A program made the translations under genes and the position numbers. Below, in pieces: positions 52,656 to 64,000 of a DNA stretch of 64,000 nt; positions within the stretch are counted from its first letter, which is position 1; every line of letters starts with the position of its first letter. Under the pieces are notes generated by a model. The model saw nothing but the letters and a program-made list of their open reading frames with translations, was not told the origin of the DNA and ran no database searches. This DNA comes from Octopus sinensis (Eukaryota). The stretch lies in contig NC_043006.1 of the NCBI RefSeq assembly GCF_006345805.1, positions 6,386,001-6,450,000 of the forward strand, given 5' to 3'.

Positions 52656-53056
52656 ACTAGCAGTATCGCCCGGCGTTGCTCGGGTTTGTAAGGGAAATAA
52701 CTATATAAGCATTTTTAGAGATGTAAAGTATAATAGCCATCTCAATATGGCTAACCACAAATGGGGGGGGGGGTGTTACTGTAGCTTTTTACGTTCTGAG
52801 ATTTAATAATAAACTTTTAGAGAGTTACTTCCCTTATATATGCCAAAAATGCATTAAAAATGGGAAAAATTGATGGTAAATTATTTTTAAAATCGTAGAC
52901 TCATCGTAGACGCGCGCTAATACCCAGAAGGGCTCGATATGAATCACGACTATAAGATACCCGGTTTTGGTTAAACTGCACCGCAAAATGTGGGAGTAGT
53001 TAGGAATCTAAATCGTAGGAGACAGACAGCACACAACCTCTCTTTTATAAATAGAT
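52656..53056 (+). mobile_element. H1 Helitron/Helentron-like element
   Basis: Same termini and module as 45594-45988. Confidence 0.6.
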
Positions 53057-53857
53057 TTACATAATTAATTATCGTATACCATTACAATTATTTGAAGCGT
53101 TTTATACGTTCTCTAAAATTGTTCTTCTATTTTTCAATATTTTAAAACATAACATAAAACACTCTTTCTTTTTTCCTTCTTTTTCTTTTTTCTTTTCGTT
53201 TTTCCTGTCAATTATTTACTTATTTACTTTTTAGTAGTATTTCATTAGTGGTTCAATTTCTATGTCTATCACCCCTATTTTACTTTGGTACTCGCTTCTA
53301 CTCCTCAATGATGCTTTTACAACGTTGCGTCCTTGACTTTCGTGTCCCTCTCACTCTCTCTTCCAATCTCCATCTGTCTTTCTCCCTCTTTCTCCCCCCC
53401 CACTTCCTCGTTTCCTATTTCTGTCTACGAGTAGAAGTCGTTCACACAGAGTTGTTGTTCGATCATAAAAGATTTTCATTAATTTTAGTGGGAAGTCAAT
53501 ATTGTATAGGCAGGTTCGAATTTCAGTCGCGACAAAAGGTAAATTATTTCTTACAATTTCCGATAAACTATAGTTCCTTCAATAATACCATAGAAGGAAA
53601 GGATTGTCATATGGGTAGCGTTGGTTCTGGTTAATATGTTTCACTCCAGTTAGAGTGATTTCATTACATATGCATAACCCCAAGACCTAACAAGGAGAAA
53701 CAGCTATGCGGTAGCCCGAGAAGACGTAGTCAACTGTTTCATTGTGGTGGTTGCACATTCCGCCTTTAGTGTTGAGGCCTGTATTCATTATTTAGTTTTT
53801 ATAATTATTTGTAATCGGGCATTAGTCTTGTGCAGCGAGAATCAGTCCTTCCGTTTT

Positions 53858-53993
53858 GGCTTTTAGTCCAGAGCTTTTGAGCCGTTGTTGGCTTTTAGTC
53901 CAGAGCTTTTGAGCCGTTGTTGGCTTTTAGTCCAGAACTTTTGAGCCGTTGTTGGCTTTTAGTCTAGAGCTTTTGAGCCGTTGTTGGCTTTTA
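53858..53993 (+). repeat. 32-bp minisatellite, ~4.25 copies
   Basis: ggcttttagtccagagcttttgagccgttgtt at 53858, 53890, 53922, 53954. Confidence 0.95.
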
Positions 53994-56900
53994 CTTAGGT
54001 TTCTTTCTTCTGTCAAGCCGTGCAGGATGCTGGCCATGAAGAGATATTTTGCCTTTTCTTCTTCAGTACCTTTTGTGATTCAGTTTTCAATGTTATAAGA
54101 AATGGATGGTTTATGGTCCCTCTCCTGAGCTGACCGGGAATTCATTTTACATGGAAGTGTTCAGATGCAAGGAGTTTCAATATGTCAAGGAGACATAGTT
54201 ATGTGCAGTTGACTATATCTCTGATCTCTAACAGAACATAAAAATCGAAATATTCCATACTATTTTTGGGCAGCATGAAATGGATAAAATATGGATAGTT
54301 CTCTCCTCACCGTTTCTGATAACATTCATTGCACACATCATTCTTGATTTCTGCAATTCTATAAAATTGAAATATCTCTGTAAATATGACATGAAGGAAG
54401 CTGGAGCTGGAATGTTTTATGCTGACAAAAATCATCATTCCTGTTGTCCCCAATGCGCAACAATACATCCTTGTACAAAATCGATATATATCGAACGCTT
54501 GAGGAGACATCATAGCTGAATTCATTCATCATTTTAGACAAACAACTTTCACTTACGCCTCCAAGTAAACTACATCAAATATTTATTACTTCCTGCTTCA
54601 CACAAAACAAACTGTCTCCCCCCCCCCCCATATGTTTCTCGTCACCTCATCAGTCATCTACCAATCATCGTTATGAGGTAATTACCAATGCAGAAACATA
54701 ACCTTTGCCCAACTAATCTATTTCTTGTGAAAACTGTTTCACAAACATGCAACAGTTCATACACAACAGTTCAAGAAATCTAACAATATCGCTACAACCA
54801 TCGTGCACTCAACAACATAATTATTAAAACCTGCAATTATCATATCGCCCACATAGAATATGTGATCAAAGTTTTCAGCTTACTATTTTACATATATGGG
54901 ACCCTACGATATGTTTATTTAGAATGCAGAAATATCCCCTGAGTTACGGCAGTAAGGCAGGGCATAAATTACTAACACACTTAACATACATTAGCCGACC
55001 TCATAAACAAGAAAGAACACTCGCACCTGATTTCACCTGTGGGGAACTGCAGGAAATAGTAATCCAAATAAAAGAATTAAACTGCCAGGTGATTATGGCG
55101 ATCATAATCTACAACACCAACGGCAATTCAACATACAAATATGTGATGACACAAGTATGCAACAGCTACATACACATCGCACGTCCATGAAAAACTCCTT
55201 TTATAATTTTTTTCCCCAATTAGTGCAAAACAATGCACATGAAAAGGTAACAGACTAGAATAAGATAACATTATACCGCCATAAAAATGAACTCAGATTT
55301 CACTCTCCTGTTAACAGGAAATGAAAATCTTAAATTTAAAAGAATTCGGACACGTGACCATTGAGTGCATAACACATAGTATTTCTAGAAGGTACAGGGT
55401 GCGCCAATATTTTCAACAGCATCACTGTTGCGAAATAACCGTAATTTCAAAACAAGACAATGTTACAATAGTTTTACACGATCATACATGTTTAGATGAA
55501 ATAGTAATCATTAATTTCACAATTTATTCAAATAGCATCTATTTTGTTTTTAAACGTATATATATATATTATTGGTTTCAAATATTGCCACAAGGCTTGC
55601 AATTTTGGTTGAAGGAGTAAGTCGATTCTATCGACCCCAGTGCTCAACCGGTACTTATCTTATCGACCCGATTGAGCAAGGCGTCGAGCTGGCAGAAACG
55701 TTAGCACGCCGGGCGAAATGCGTAGCCGTATTTCGTCTGCCATTACGTTCTGAGTTCAAATTCCGCCGAGGTCGACTTTGCCTTTCATCCTTTCGGGGTC
55801 GATTAAATAAGTACCAGTTACGCTCTGGGGTCGTTGTAATCGACTTAATTCGTTTGTCTGTCCTTGTTTGTCCCCCCCCCCGTGTTTAGCCCCTTGTGGG
55901 TAGTAAAGAAATAGGTACTTATTTTATCGATACCAAAAGGAGAAAAGACGAAATCTCCCTCAGCTGAATTTGCACTTAGAATGCAAAGACGGACGAAATG
56001 CCGCTATGCACTTTGCCTGGTGTGTTAACGAATGTGTCAGCTTGCAGCGTTGCAACAGTGTATTATTGTGGATAGATAGCGTGTAGATGATTCGCAAATC
56101 TTATAAAGAACACTTCATGGCTTTGACTTATCTAACAACCATCATCATTACAAAAAACTTAAGTGATTTCTGAAAAAGTAATATATGACGTCCAGAGCTC
56201 ATAAAACCATTACACAGTTGCACATGCTTCTAAATATAGCAGCTAAATCGTTTCGGCGGCATGATACAAGTTAAAGAAAATGAAAATAATGGCTCGCAAT
56301 GTAGCCCATTCGTGAATCTTATATAGTGTATGATACGTTGTGAGTGTTTATTGAGCGAAATCACCTAAAGCTCCACGAGACTCCGGCAGGGGATGGTGGT
56401 GATCCCTGCTGTACTCTTTCACCACAACTTTCTCTCACTCTTACTTCCTGTTTCTGTTGTACCTGTATTTCAAGGGGCCGGCCTTGTCACTCCCTGTGTC
56501 ACGCTGAATATCCCCGAGAACTACGTTAAGGGTACACGTGTCTGTGGAGTGCTCAGCCACTTACATGTTAATTTCACGAGCAGGCTGTTCCGTTGATCGG
56601 ATCAACCGGAACCCTCATCGTCGTTACCGACGGAGTGCTTCCACATAGTGTATGATAACAACATTTAGAATATAACATGTTTTCTCAAATGCTGTTGCAC
56701 AAGTATGTGTTAGTTCTCAAACGATATAACACACGTAGTTTTCTTTGCACGCGTTAAACTTTCAGTACCCATTCAATATATCTGCAAATATATTCGTATT
56801 TAGATGTGAAAATGATATGAAAATCAAATCTACTCCTTCATTCCTCTTTCTTACGGATAGCTACTGAACAGCTTTATCTCTATTGCTTGCACCTAGGAAA

Positions 56901-57208
56901 TTTGCATCATATAAAATAAAATTCGAACTCAATGAAATCAGCGATTTCCCTTTATATTATCAAGATGATATCAAGATGGAGAAGAATGAAATAGATTGAT
57001 CGTCACTCTCAAGTACATAATTATACCTTTTGCACATATACTGGCGACAAAATTTCAACGATGTTCTTACACATTGTCGTCATTATTAAATGCACAAAGG
57101 AGCAGGAAAGTGAGCAAAACATCAAGACATTATACTGGACGCTGAAGAGCCACCAAGACAAAAATATGAGAACGTCCCAAGGAAATCAAATTGATTTGGT
57201 ATTAGTAT

Positions 57209-58009
57209 TTTGGTGCCTATGAGCTTGTGAGTAGATACAGACACATTATCGACACTACTTCCCAGAATGGAGTCGGACAACTAAGTTGTTACATCTGATG
57301 TGATAGAGGACGAACAAGAAGAATGAAAGGAAATTTGATCTCGGTCATGGCCGGAAATAATACTGTAAAATCTAAGACTACGTCAGTTGAACGAACTATA
57401 CTAGTAGCAATGTGGAGGCGCAATGGCCCAGTGGTTAGGGCAGCGGACTCGCGGTCGTAGGATCGCGGTTTCGATTCCCAGACCGGGCGTTGTGAGTGTT
57501 TATTGAACGAAAACACCTAAAGCTCCACGAGGTTCCGACAGGGGATGGTGGTAATCCCTGCTGTACTCTTTCCCCACAACTTTCTCTCACTCTTACTTCC
57601 TGTTTCTGTTGTACCTGTATTTCAAAGGGCCGGCCTTGTCACTCTGTGTCACGCTGAATATCCCCGAGAACTATCTTAAGGGTACACGTGTCTGTGGAGT
57701 GCTCAGCCACTTACACGTTAATTTCACGAGCAGGCTGTTCCGTTGATCGGATCAACCGGAACCCTCGTCGTCGTAACCGACGGAGTGCTTCCATTTGGTG
57801 CCTATGAGCTTGTGAGTAGATACAGGCACATTATCGACACTACTTCCCAGAATAGAGTTGGACATCTAAATTGTTACATCTGATGTGATAGAGGACGAAG
57901 GCCAGCACTTAACAAGAAGAATGACAGGAAATTCGATCTCGGTCATGGCCGGAACTAATACTGTAAAATCTAAGACTACGTCTGTTGAACGAACTATACT
58001 AGTAGCAAT
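57209..58009 (+). repeat. ~203/216-bp direct repeats flanking a C1 SINE
   Basis: 57209-57411 and 57794-58009 both run tttggtgcctatgagc...ctagtagcaat. Confidence 0.93.
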
Positions 58010-59072
58010 TTTTTTGCATGAAAACTGTATGAAATATGATAAACGTAGTTCAGACCGTCTGAAACATGTCATCATACGATTCACAACACGGCGAATTCCC
58101 GAATCATGAGAAGTTATACTCAGACCACAAAACCAATTACAAAGCAGAAAAAAATGAATGCGGCAAAGAAAAATCACATGAACATATTAGGCGTCGACAA
58201 CAACCTGAATAACAATAAAAGGAATATAGGATTCAACTGAATTTGAATTAAATCAATATGAACTCACTGTAACAATAACAACACGACAGTAAAAAATCAT
58301 ATTACAGACTTGACTAGAAATATTGATCAAGATATGCGTTTGTCATTGATGCAATATTAATACAATGAAGTGATACTAGAGAGTGGGCAATCTGGAAATA
58401 TATACTCTTTTTACTCTTTTACTTGTTTCATCATTTGACTGCGGCCATGCTGGAGCAGCGCCTTTTAATCGAGCAAATCGACCCCGGGACTTATTCTTTG
58501 TAAGCCCAGTACTTATTCTATCGGTCTCTTTTGCCGAACCGCTAAGTGACGGGGACGTAAACACACCAGCATCGGTTGTCAAGCAATGCTAGGGGGACAA
58601 ACACAGACACACAAACACATACACACACGCATATATATATATACATATATACGACAGGCTTCTTTCAGTTTCCGTCTACGAAATCTACTCACAAGGCATT
58701 GGTCGGCCAGGGGCTATAGCAGAAGACACTTGCCCAAGATGCCACGCAGTGGGACTGAACCCGGAACCATGTGGCTGGTTAGCAAGCTCTTTACCACACA
58801 GCCACTCCTGCGCCTATATATATATATATAATTTTTTTCTTTTATTTGTTGTAGTCAGTTGACTGCGGTCATGCTGGAGCACCGCCTTTAGTGGAACACA
58901 TCGACCCCAGAACTTATTCTTTGTAAGCTTAGTACTTATTCTATCGGTTGCTTTACCGAATCGTTAAGTTACGGGGACGTAAACACACCAGCATCGGTTG
59001 TCAAGCAATGCTGGGGGACAATCACAAACAGACAAACACACAAGCACATACATACATACATACATACATACA

Positions 59073-59149
<77 letters not shown>

Positions 59150-61099
59150 TACACGACGGGCTTCTTTCAGTTTCCGTCTACCAAATCCACTCAAAAGGCT
59201 TTGGTCGGCCCGAGGATATAGTAGACGACACTTGCCTAAGTGCCACGCAGTGGGACTGAACCCGGAACCATGTGGTTGGTAAACAAGCTACTTATCACAC
59301 AGCCACTCCTACGCCACTCTCAAGTTTATCATGTGCATATACATACATATATATATATGCACACACATATGTATATGCATAAGTATACTTATATGTTTAT
59401 ATGTAAGAATATATATGTAGATACATGTGTGTGTGTGTGTGGTATGTCCGTATGCAATATGTTCGGTATGTCCGTCTTCTTGGGCTAGCAACATTGATCT
59501 GATAATAAACAATGGACAGACATTAGCATATCATTATCGAACCCGAAATAATGAAATGCAAGGATGACCTTGCAAGGATAAAAGATAAAAAAAATAAAAT
59601 ACAAAACACACTGATACCGGTAACAGTGGCAACCGCGGCTGCTATAAAATTGTCCGTCGTATTTTCTGTTTGCAAGATTATAGTTACAAAAGTATATTTC
59701 TTTACTACCCATAAGGAGCTAAACACAGAAGGGACAAACAAGGACAGACAAACGGGTTAAGTCGATTACGTCGACCACAGTGCGTAACTGGTGCTTAATT
59801 TATCGACCCCGAAAGGATGAAAGGCAAAGTCGACCTCGGCGGAATTTGAACCCAGAACGTAACGGCAGACGAAATACGGCTACGCATTTCGCCCGGCGTG
59901 CTAACGTTTCTGCCAACTAAAAGTAGAAATTACAAATGCTGCAAGCTTTACAACATCGCGTATGACTAAAGAAGGCAAAATTATGAACTGTATATACATA
60001 ATAGAATAAAAAGCAGCGCAACAGAAAGGTGAACATCTGAGGGTATCTGGGAGCTGTCCAAATGTAGGGCTCAACCTATTGCCAGGACTGAGTGTCTTCT
60101 TAAGCTCTGTGTTGTTGGAACAATATGAACCTTCTTGAAAAGCAGAATATTTACTTAGAATACTTGTCTAACTTACCTATCTTTCCTCATCTTCCTCACC
60201 GGGTGGTACTTGATAAAACTGTTATGATTTTGTTAAAAAAAGAAATTATATCTTCTCTGTTCTTTGTATTTTGTCCAAAGCGAACAGCGTAAATCATGCA
60301 AGTTTCGAGTCAAGAGAGAAAAATAGGTCGAATTTCTCGATGGTGCTAAATGATCCATATCTGTTCTATATCTATATATTCTGGTCTATGTAGTCCGTGA
60401 ACGTTTGTGGATATAGTCTGGTGGTTGCCATGTGTGCTTACAGAGTTTCTCGGGAACTCGCAATGCCACCATTTGTCACAACCAGGTGAGGTGTTTTTGA
60501 AATTTGATTACAATATCCCAGCTGTCTCCTCCGTGATTTCAGGCAACTGTCCGCTACCACCGCGGTCCTGGAAGTTCAAGTGGGGATGGTGATGGTGGGT
60601 GGTGTTAGTGTTGGTGGTGGTGGTGGTGCTGCTGCTGCTGATGATGATGGTCGTTGTCGTCGTTTTAGACGAAGTATTACTTTTGGTGAACGTGGTAGGA
60701 ATTGTGTTTCTGGTAGACATATGGATGATGATCGGAGAAAGTCCTCTTCGAGGTACTCATTTTACTTTTGTCCCCTTTGCATGGAAGACTACCGATGGTG
60801 GTAGTGCGAAGTCTAAGTTGTTGTTTGGTATCGCATATTTTTCGCAGCTTTCGGTGCAATATGTAGCGTTATTGCTGTTCATTGTGATATTGATGTTGAT
60901 GTTGTGATTGTTGTTGTTATCACTTCTGTTGTTAATGTTGTCATTTGTACTACATCTGCATTTCTGCTATGAATAGTTATAGCCCTTTATGTCCTCAATA
61001 CAAATATCAAAGAATTCAGCTTTATCCATCATCATTCTGAGGCAAAAAAACTAAACATGTTGAGTATTGCCACAAAAAAAAATCGATTTTTACCGAATT

Positions 61100-64000
61100 T
61101 TACCATATTTCTTCCGTTGTGCATATGTTCATTGCTGCAACCCAGGCTCTGAGCGTGGGAGCGAAAACAGCTGCATTCAGGACAGACGCAGAATTATTTT
61201 GGTTGTCGATCGAATCGACAGATTTAGACTGATCTAAATTGACCACGGTTCCACACAGTCGAGTTTCGATGGGAACCTTTCTATAGCAAACCCCCTGTAG
61301 TGGAGGGTTATCACGGAGAGATCTGTTTGATGTGGAATATATATCAGTGCCTCACATACTAGAGTATCTAAGACAGGTGCAAACATTTCAGGCCAAAATC
61401 TGTAATTTAAAATGCCAAGACTGAAGGATGTTAAAATCATATTCCTTGTTCTCAGCAATAGCACCAAACTTCTTATATTACAAATGGAAGCACTTTCGTC
61501 CTGCTGCCCATCGCAGAAGAGACCCCGTAACAATCTGGCATATCACAAAAAAATTCTAAGGGAAGATCATCCAGATTTGGCTACTTACCATTTTGCCACC
61601 TGTCATCGCTTTCAGTAAGTATATTATCAGCTGTTATCAGTCTTCCAAAATACTCTGCAGCCTAAATCGTGATAGGGATTCTCAAGGTAGGCGGTAAACT
61701 CTATCCACCCCCAAGAGTTGAACGATGTTTGAATGAAAACCGCACAGATTTGAGTGTTAGCTAGTAGCACGCATGCTTGCAGGTCTGTCAAAGTTCCAAT
61801 AGTGACTTTGTAGCCGCATCACTCCTCTTCCATCTGGATCCATCGAGCTGTTCATTGTCTCATATCTCTAGGCACGCTCCATTGCTCTGTCAAAGTAACT
61901 ATCGTGCTTAGCGTTGAGGAATCGATCTAGAGCCAATCGCACTCAGGCCGCAATGCCTTCTCTATGCGCCTCTCCTAGCTTACTAAATAACTCTCCCTCG
62001 ACTCTTGAACTCTGTATGAATAAATAACCCTTTTCCAGCTAACCACCGCGGGTTGTTGATCATTGCTTCCCCTCCCCTCCTTCCTTAACTAGTTTTCTAA
62101 ACTGGACTCTGTAAAGGTGGAGCAAAGGGTGCCGCCTTCACTTTCTAGCGACTCGTTACTCGTTTATGCAGTCTATCTAAGTGGACCGTACACACCACAC
62201 ATTTGTGGTCAGTATAGCCGACGTCTTTGAATTGGTGACAACCAATGCTAGCCTTGCTGGGTATTCTTTGGAATTCTCTCTTGGATGATCCGATGCTGGT
62301 TGTCCATATGCTCCTCGCTGTCGCATTCGGGAAATCTAGTCGGTATCTCTCAGCCAGTGAGAAATGACTGACGCTTCAGAGACGTTTGCAAATCATTCTC
62401 ATTTCAATTAGCTCCTCACAATCAACAGGTGCATCCAAGGTGTCGTTGCAGTCGCCCACCAATACTAAACAGGGATGTTTAAAAGAAACTTATTAAGCGC
62501 GCGAAGAAATCCGTCTGTCCTAATCTAATCAAGGCAAACACGGCGACTAGTTTAAAGTCACCAGCCTCTCTACTGTTCACGTCCCAGATCAACAACTATT
62601 GAGTAAGTGCTCCTGCTTCCAGCTTAAGTCCAGTCCACATGCATTTATGCAATCTACTCTTAAGCATGTCATGTTGGTTGAAAAGAAGGAAAGAGGAAAC
62701 GAATTGAAATGAAGTTGCATTCTGTTCTTATTTTCGGTGGAGTTAACTATTTTGCAAGTGTTGATATCATTCTCCTTGTTTTGGGAATTCTGTGTTTTCC
62801 TGCTTGTTTTCCTCTTCTATATCCCTTGTTGCTTCGTTTCTGTATCTTTATTCTGTTGCTATTTGTGCAGGTCGAAGTAGTGACGCTATATATGTTGCAG
62901 ATTCAATGTTGTTTGTAGTCGATGTAGAATTGGTGTTGTTTTGTGTTATGCTGACTTTTTTTAAAAAAGATTTTTCTCTTTTTGTTTGCATTTTCTGTTC
63001 CCCTACCCAACCACCCGATGTACGGTCGTAAAACTCCGCCTTGGACGCGGTAGATGCATGTTTTTTGTTTGTTTGTGTATGCCTCTACTTTTTGCATGTA
63101 GCGGTGAGAGAAGGTGAAAGCGAATAGTTTTGGGATATACCCTGGTGCGATTAGTTTCTTTCTTATTTATTTTTTGTCATTATTTTCCATCGACCCTCCA
63201 CTGCTGCTAACGGAGTTAATGTTGATGTTGGCGCTACTGGTTCTGTTGTTTCCACAGTTTCTATTGCTGTTGCAGGTGTTGTTGCTTTGTTATTGTTGGT
63301 GTTCATCCAGTGTTATTTTTGCTTACATTTTTATCATTCTTACAACTTCTGATACTACTTTTGTTGTTGCGCACTCGCTGATCTACACTTGTGGTTGTAG
63401 CAGTGCAGATGTTGGCAGAGTCCGCAGAACACCTGTAGATGGTGAGCTGATACACAGACGTGTCATCTCAGGCATCTGTTCTTCACAATTAATCGCATTT
63501 GACCCATTCGGCAGGTAGATAACGTCTGAAAACTTTTCAAGCAGTTAGAAAACCGCAAATGTGGAGACAAACTAGTACGGTTTGTCTTGTTCTCTTCATG
63601 TCAAAGAGGTATCATTCACTTCCAACATCATACATGCTAGAGTCTAGCAGAGATCTAGCAATGGTGAGCCCCTGGTATTATGATGTTTATCGCTATTCTT
63701 CCTAAATAAGAAAGAGAACGAAGTCTTCGCTACAGCGGGTGGCCACAAATTTCTCTAATGTGAGAGAATGTGTCTTAAATAAGACCTCTACCGCGCCGAA
63801 TTGCCTTGTCCTAGATATATGATGTAAGCTCTGCCATATGTCATGAAAAACACTCTATTTGAACATTCATGGTCGTCTCAAGTCAATGAGCACATACACT
63901 AATGCATCAATGCATATCTGTTTATCTGGCAATACATAAAGTGATTCAACTGGAAGTGCAAGCCCTACCTGTCTGCTGACTATTTCCAGATCAATCATCC
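61100..64000 (-). mobile_element. Highly decayed L1/Tx1-like LINE (ORF1, APE endonuclease, start of RT)
   Basis: Minus-strand remnants RQFGAVEVLF (ORF1-like), LVGDCNDTLD and GYTDHKCV (APE motifs), and GTVVNLDQSKSVDS (RT LD.SKAFD); many stops. Confidence 0.75.

Noticed and set aside
53858-53993. 32-bp repeats as a CRISPR array
   Set aside because: Units are head-to-tail with no spacers, there are no cas genes, and the context is eukaryotic.
54300-55200. Possible Helitron helicase remnants (IPVVPNA, PHK, RQF)
   Set aside because: Motifs too short and scattered to be distinguished from chance without a profile search.
60508-60966. Selenoprotein or readthrough interpretation of the single in-frame TGA
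   Set aside because: Low-complexity frame, no recognisable domain, no SECIS identified; a lone stop is expected by chance.

Overview
AT-rich, (TA)n-rich eukaryotic genomic DNA. The repeat content looks like octopus or another coleoid cephalopod (inference, not checked). The only confidently identified host gene is the 3' end of methylmalonyl-CoA mutase (MMUT), with four exons at 1-56, 3234-3361, 5937-6025 and 8893-8981 on the + strand. The rest is dominated by mobile elements: tRNA-headed SINE families (called A, B, C, D here), decayed LINEs (RTE, CR1-like, CRE-like, R4/Dong-like, L1/Tx1-like), Penelope-like elements (PLEs), Helitron/Helentron-like non-autonomous elements, mariner/Tc1 remnants and a TTAA MITE. 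The most striking unexplained structure is a set of eight hammerhead-ribozyme motifs between 13.2 and 46.8 kb. They sit in PLE-type terminal repeats and mostly have palindromic stem III. Five of them lie in three independent fold-backs whose 3' ends point outward: 13166-13705, 35307-35890 and a near-perfect 382-bp palindrome at 37211-37592. Other notable items are a SINE-mediated 1.15-kb tandem duplication with a hybrid middle SINE, chimeric SINEs (one bounded by an 18-bp TSD), a SINE flanked by ~203-bp direct repeats, and a twin-priming-like inverted RTE. Repeat boundaries are approximate. All family names come from motif recognition by eye, with no database search.
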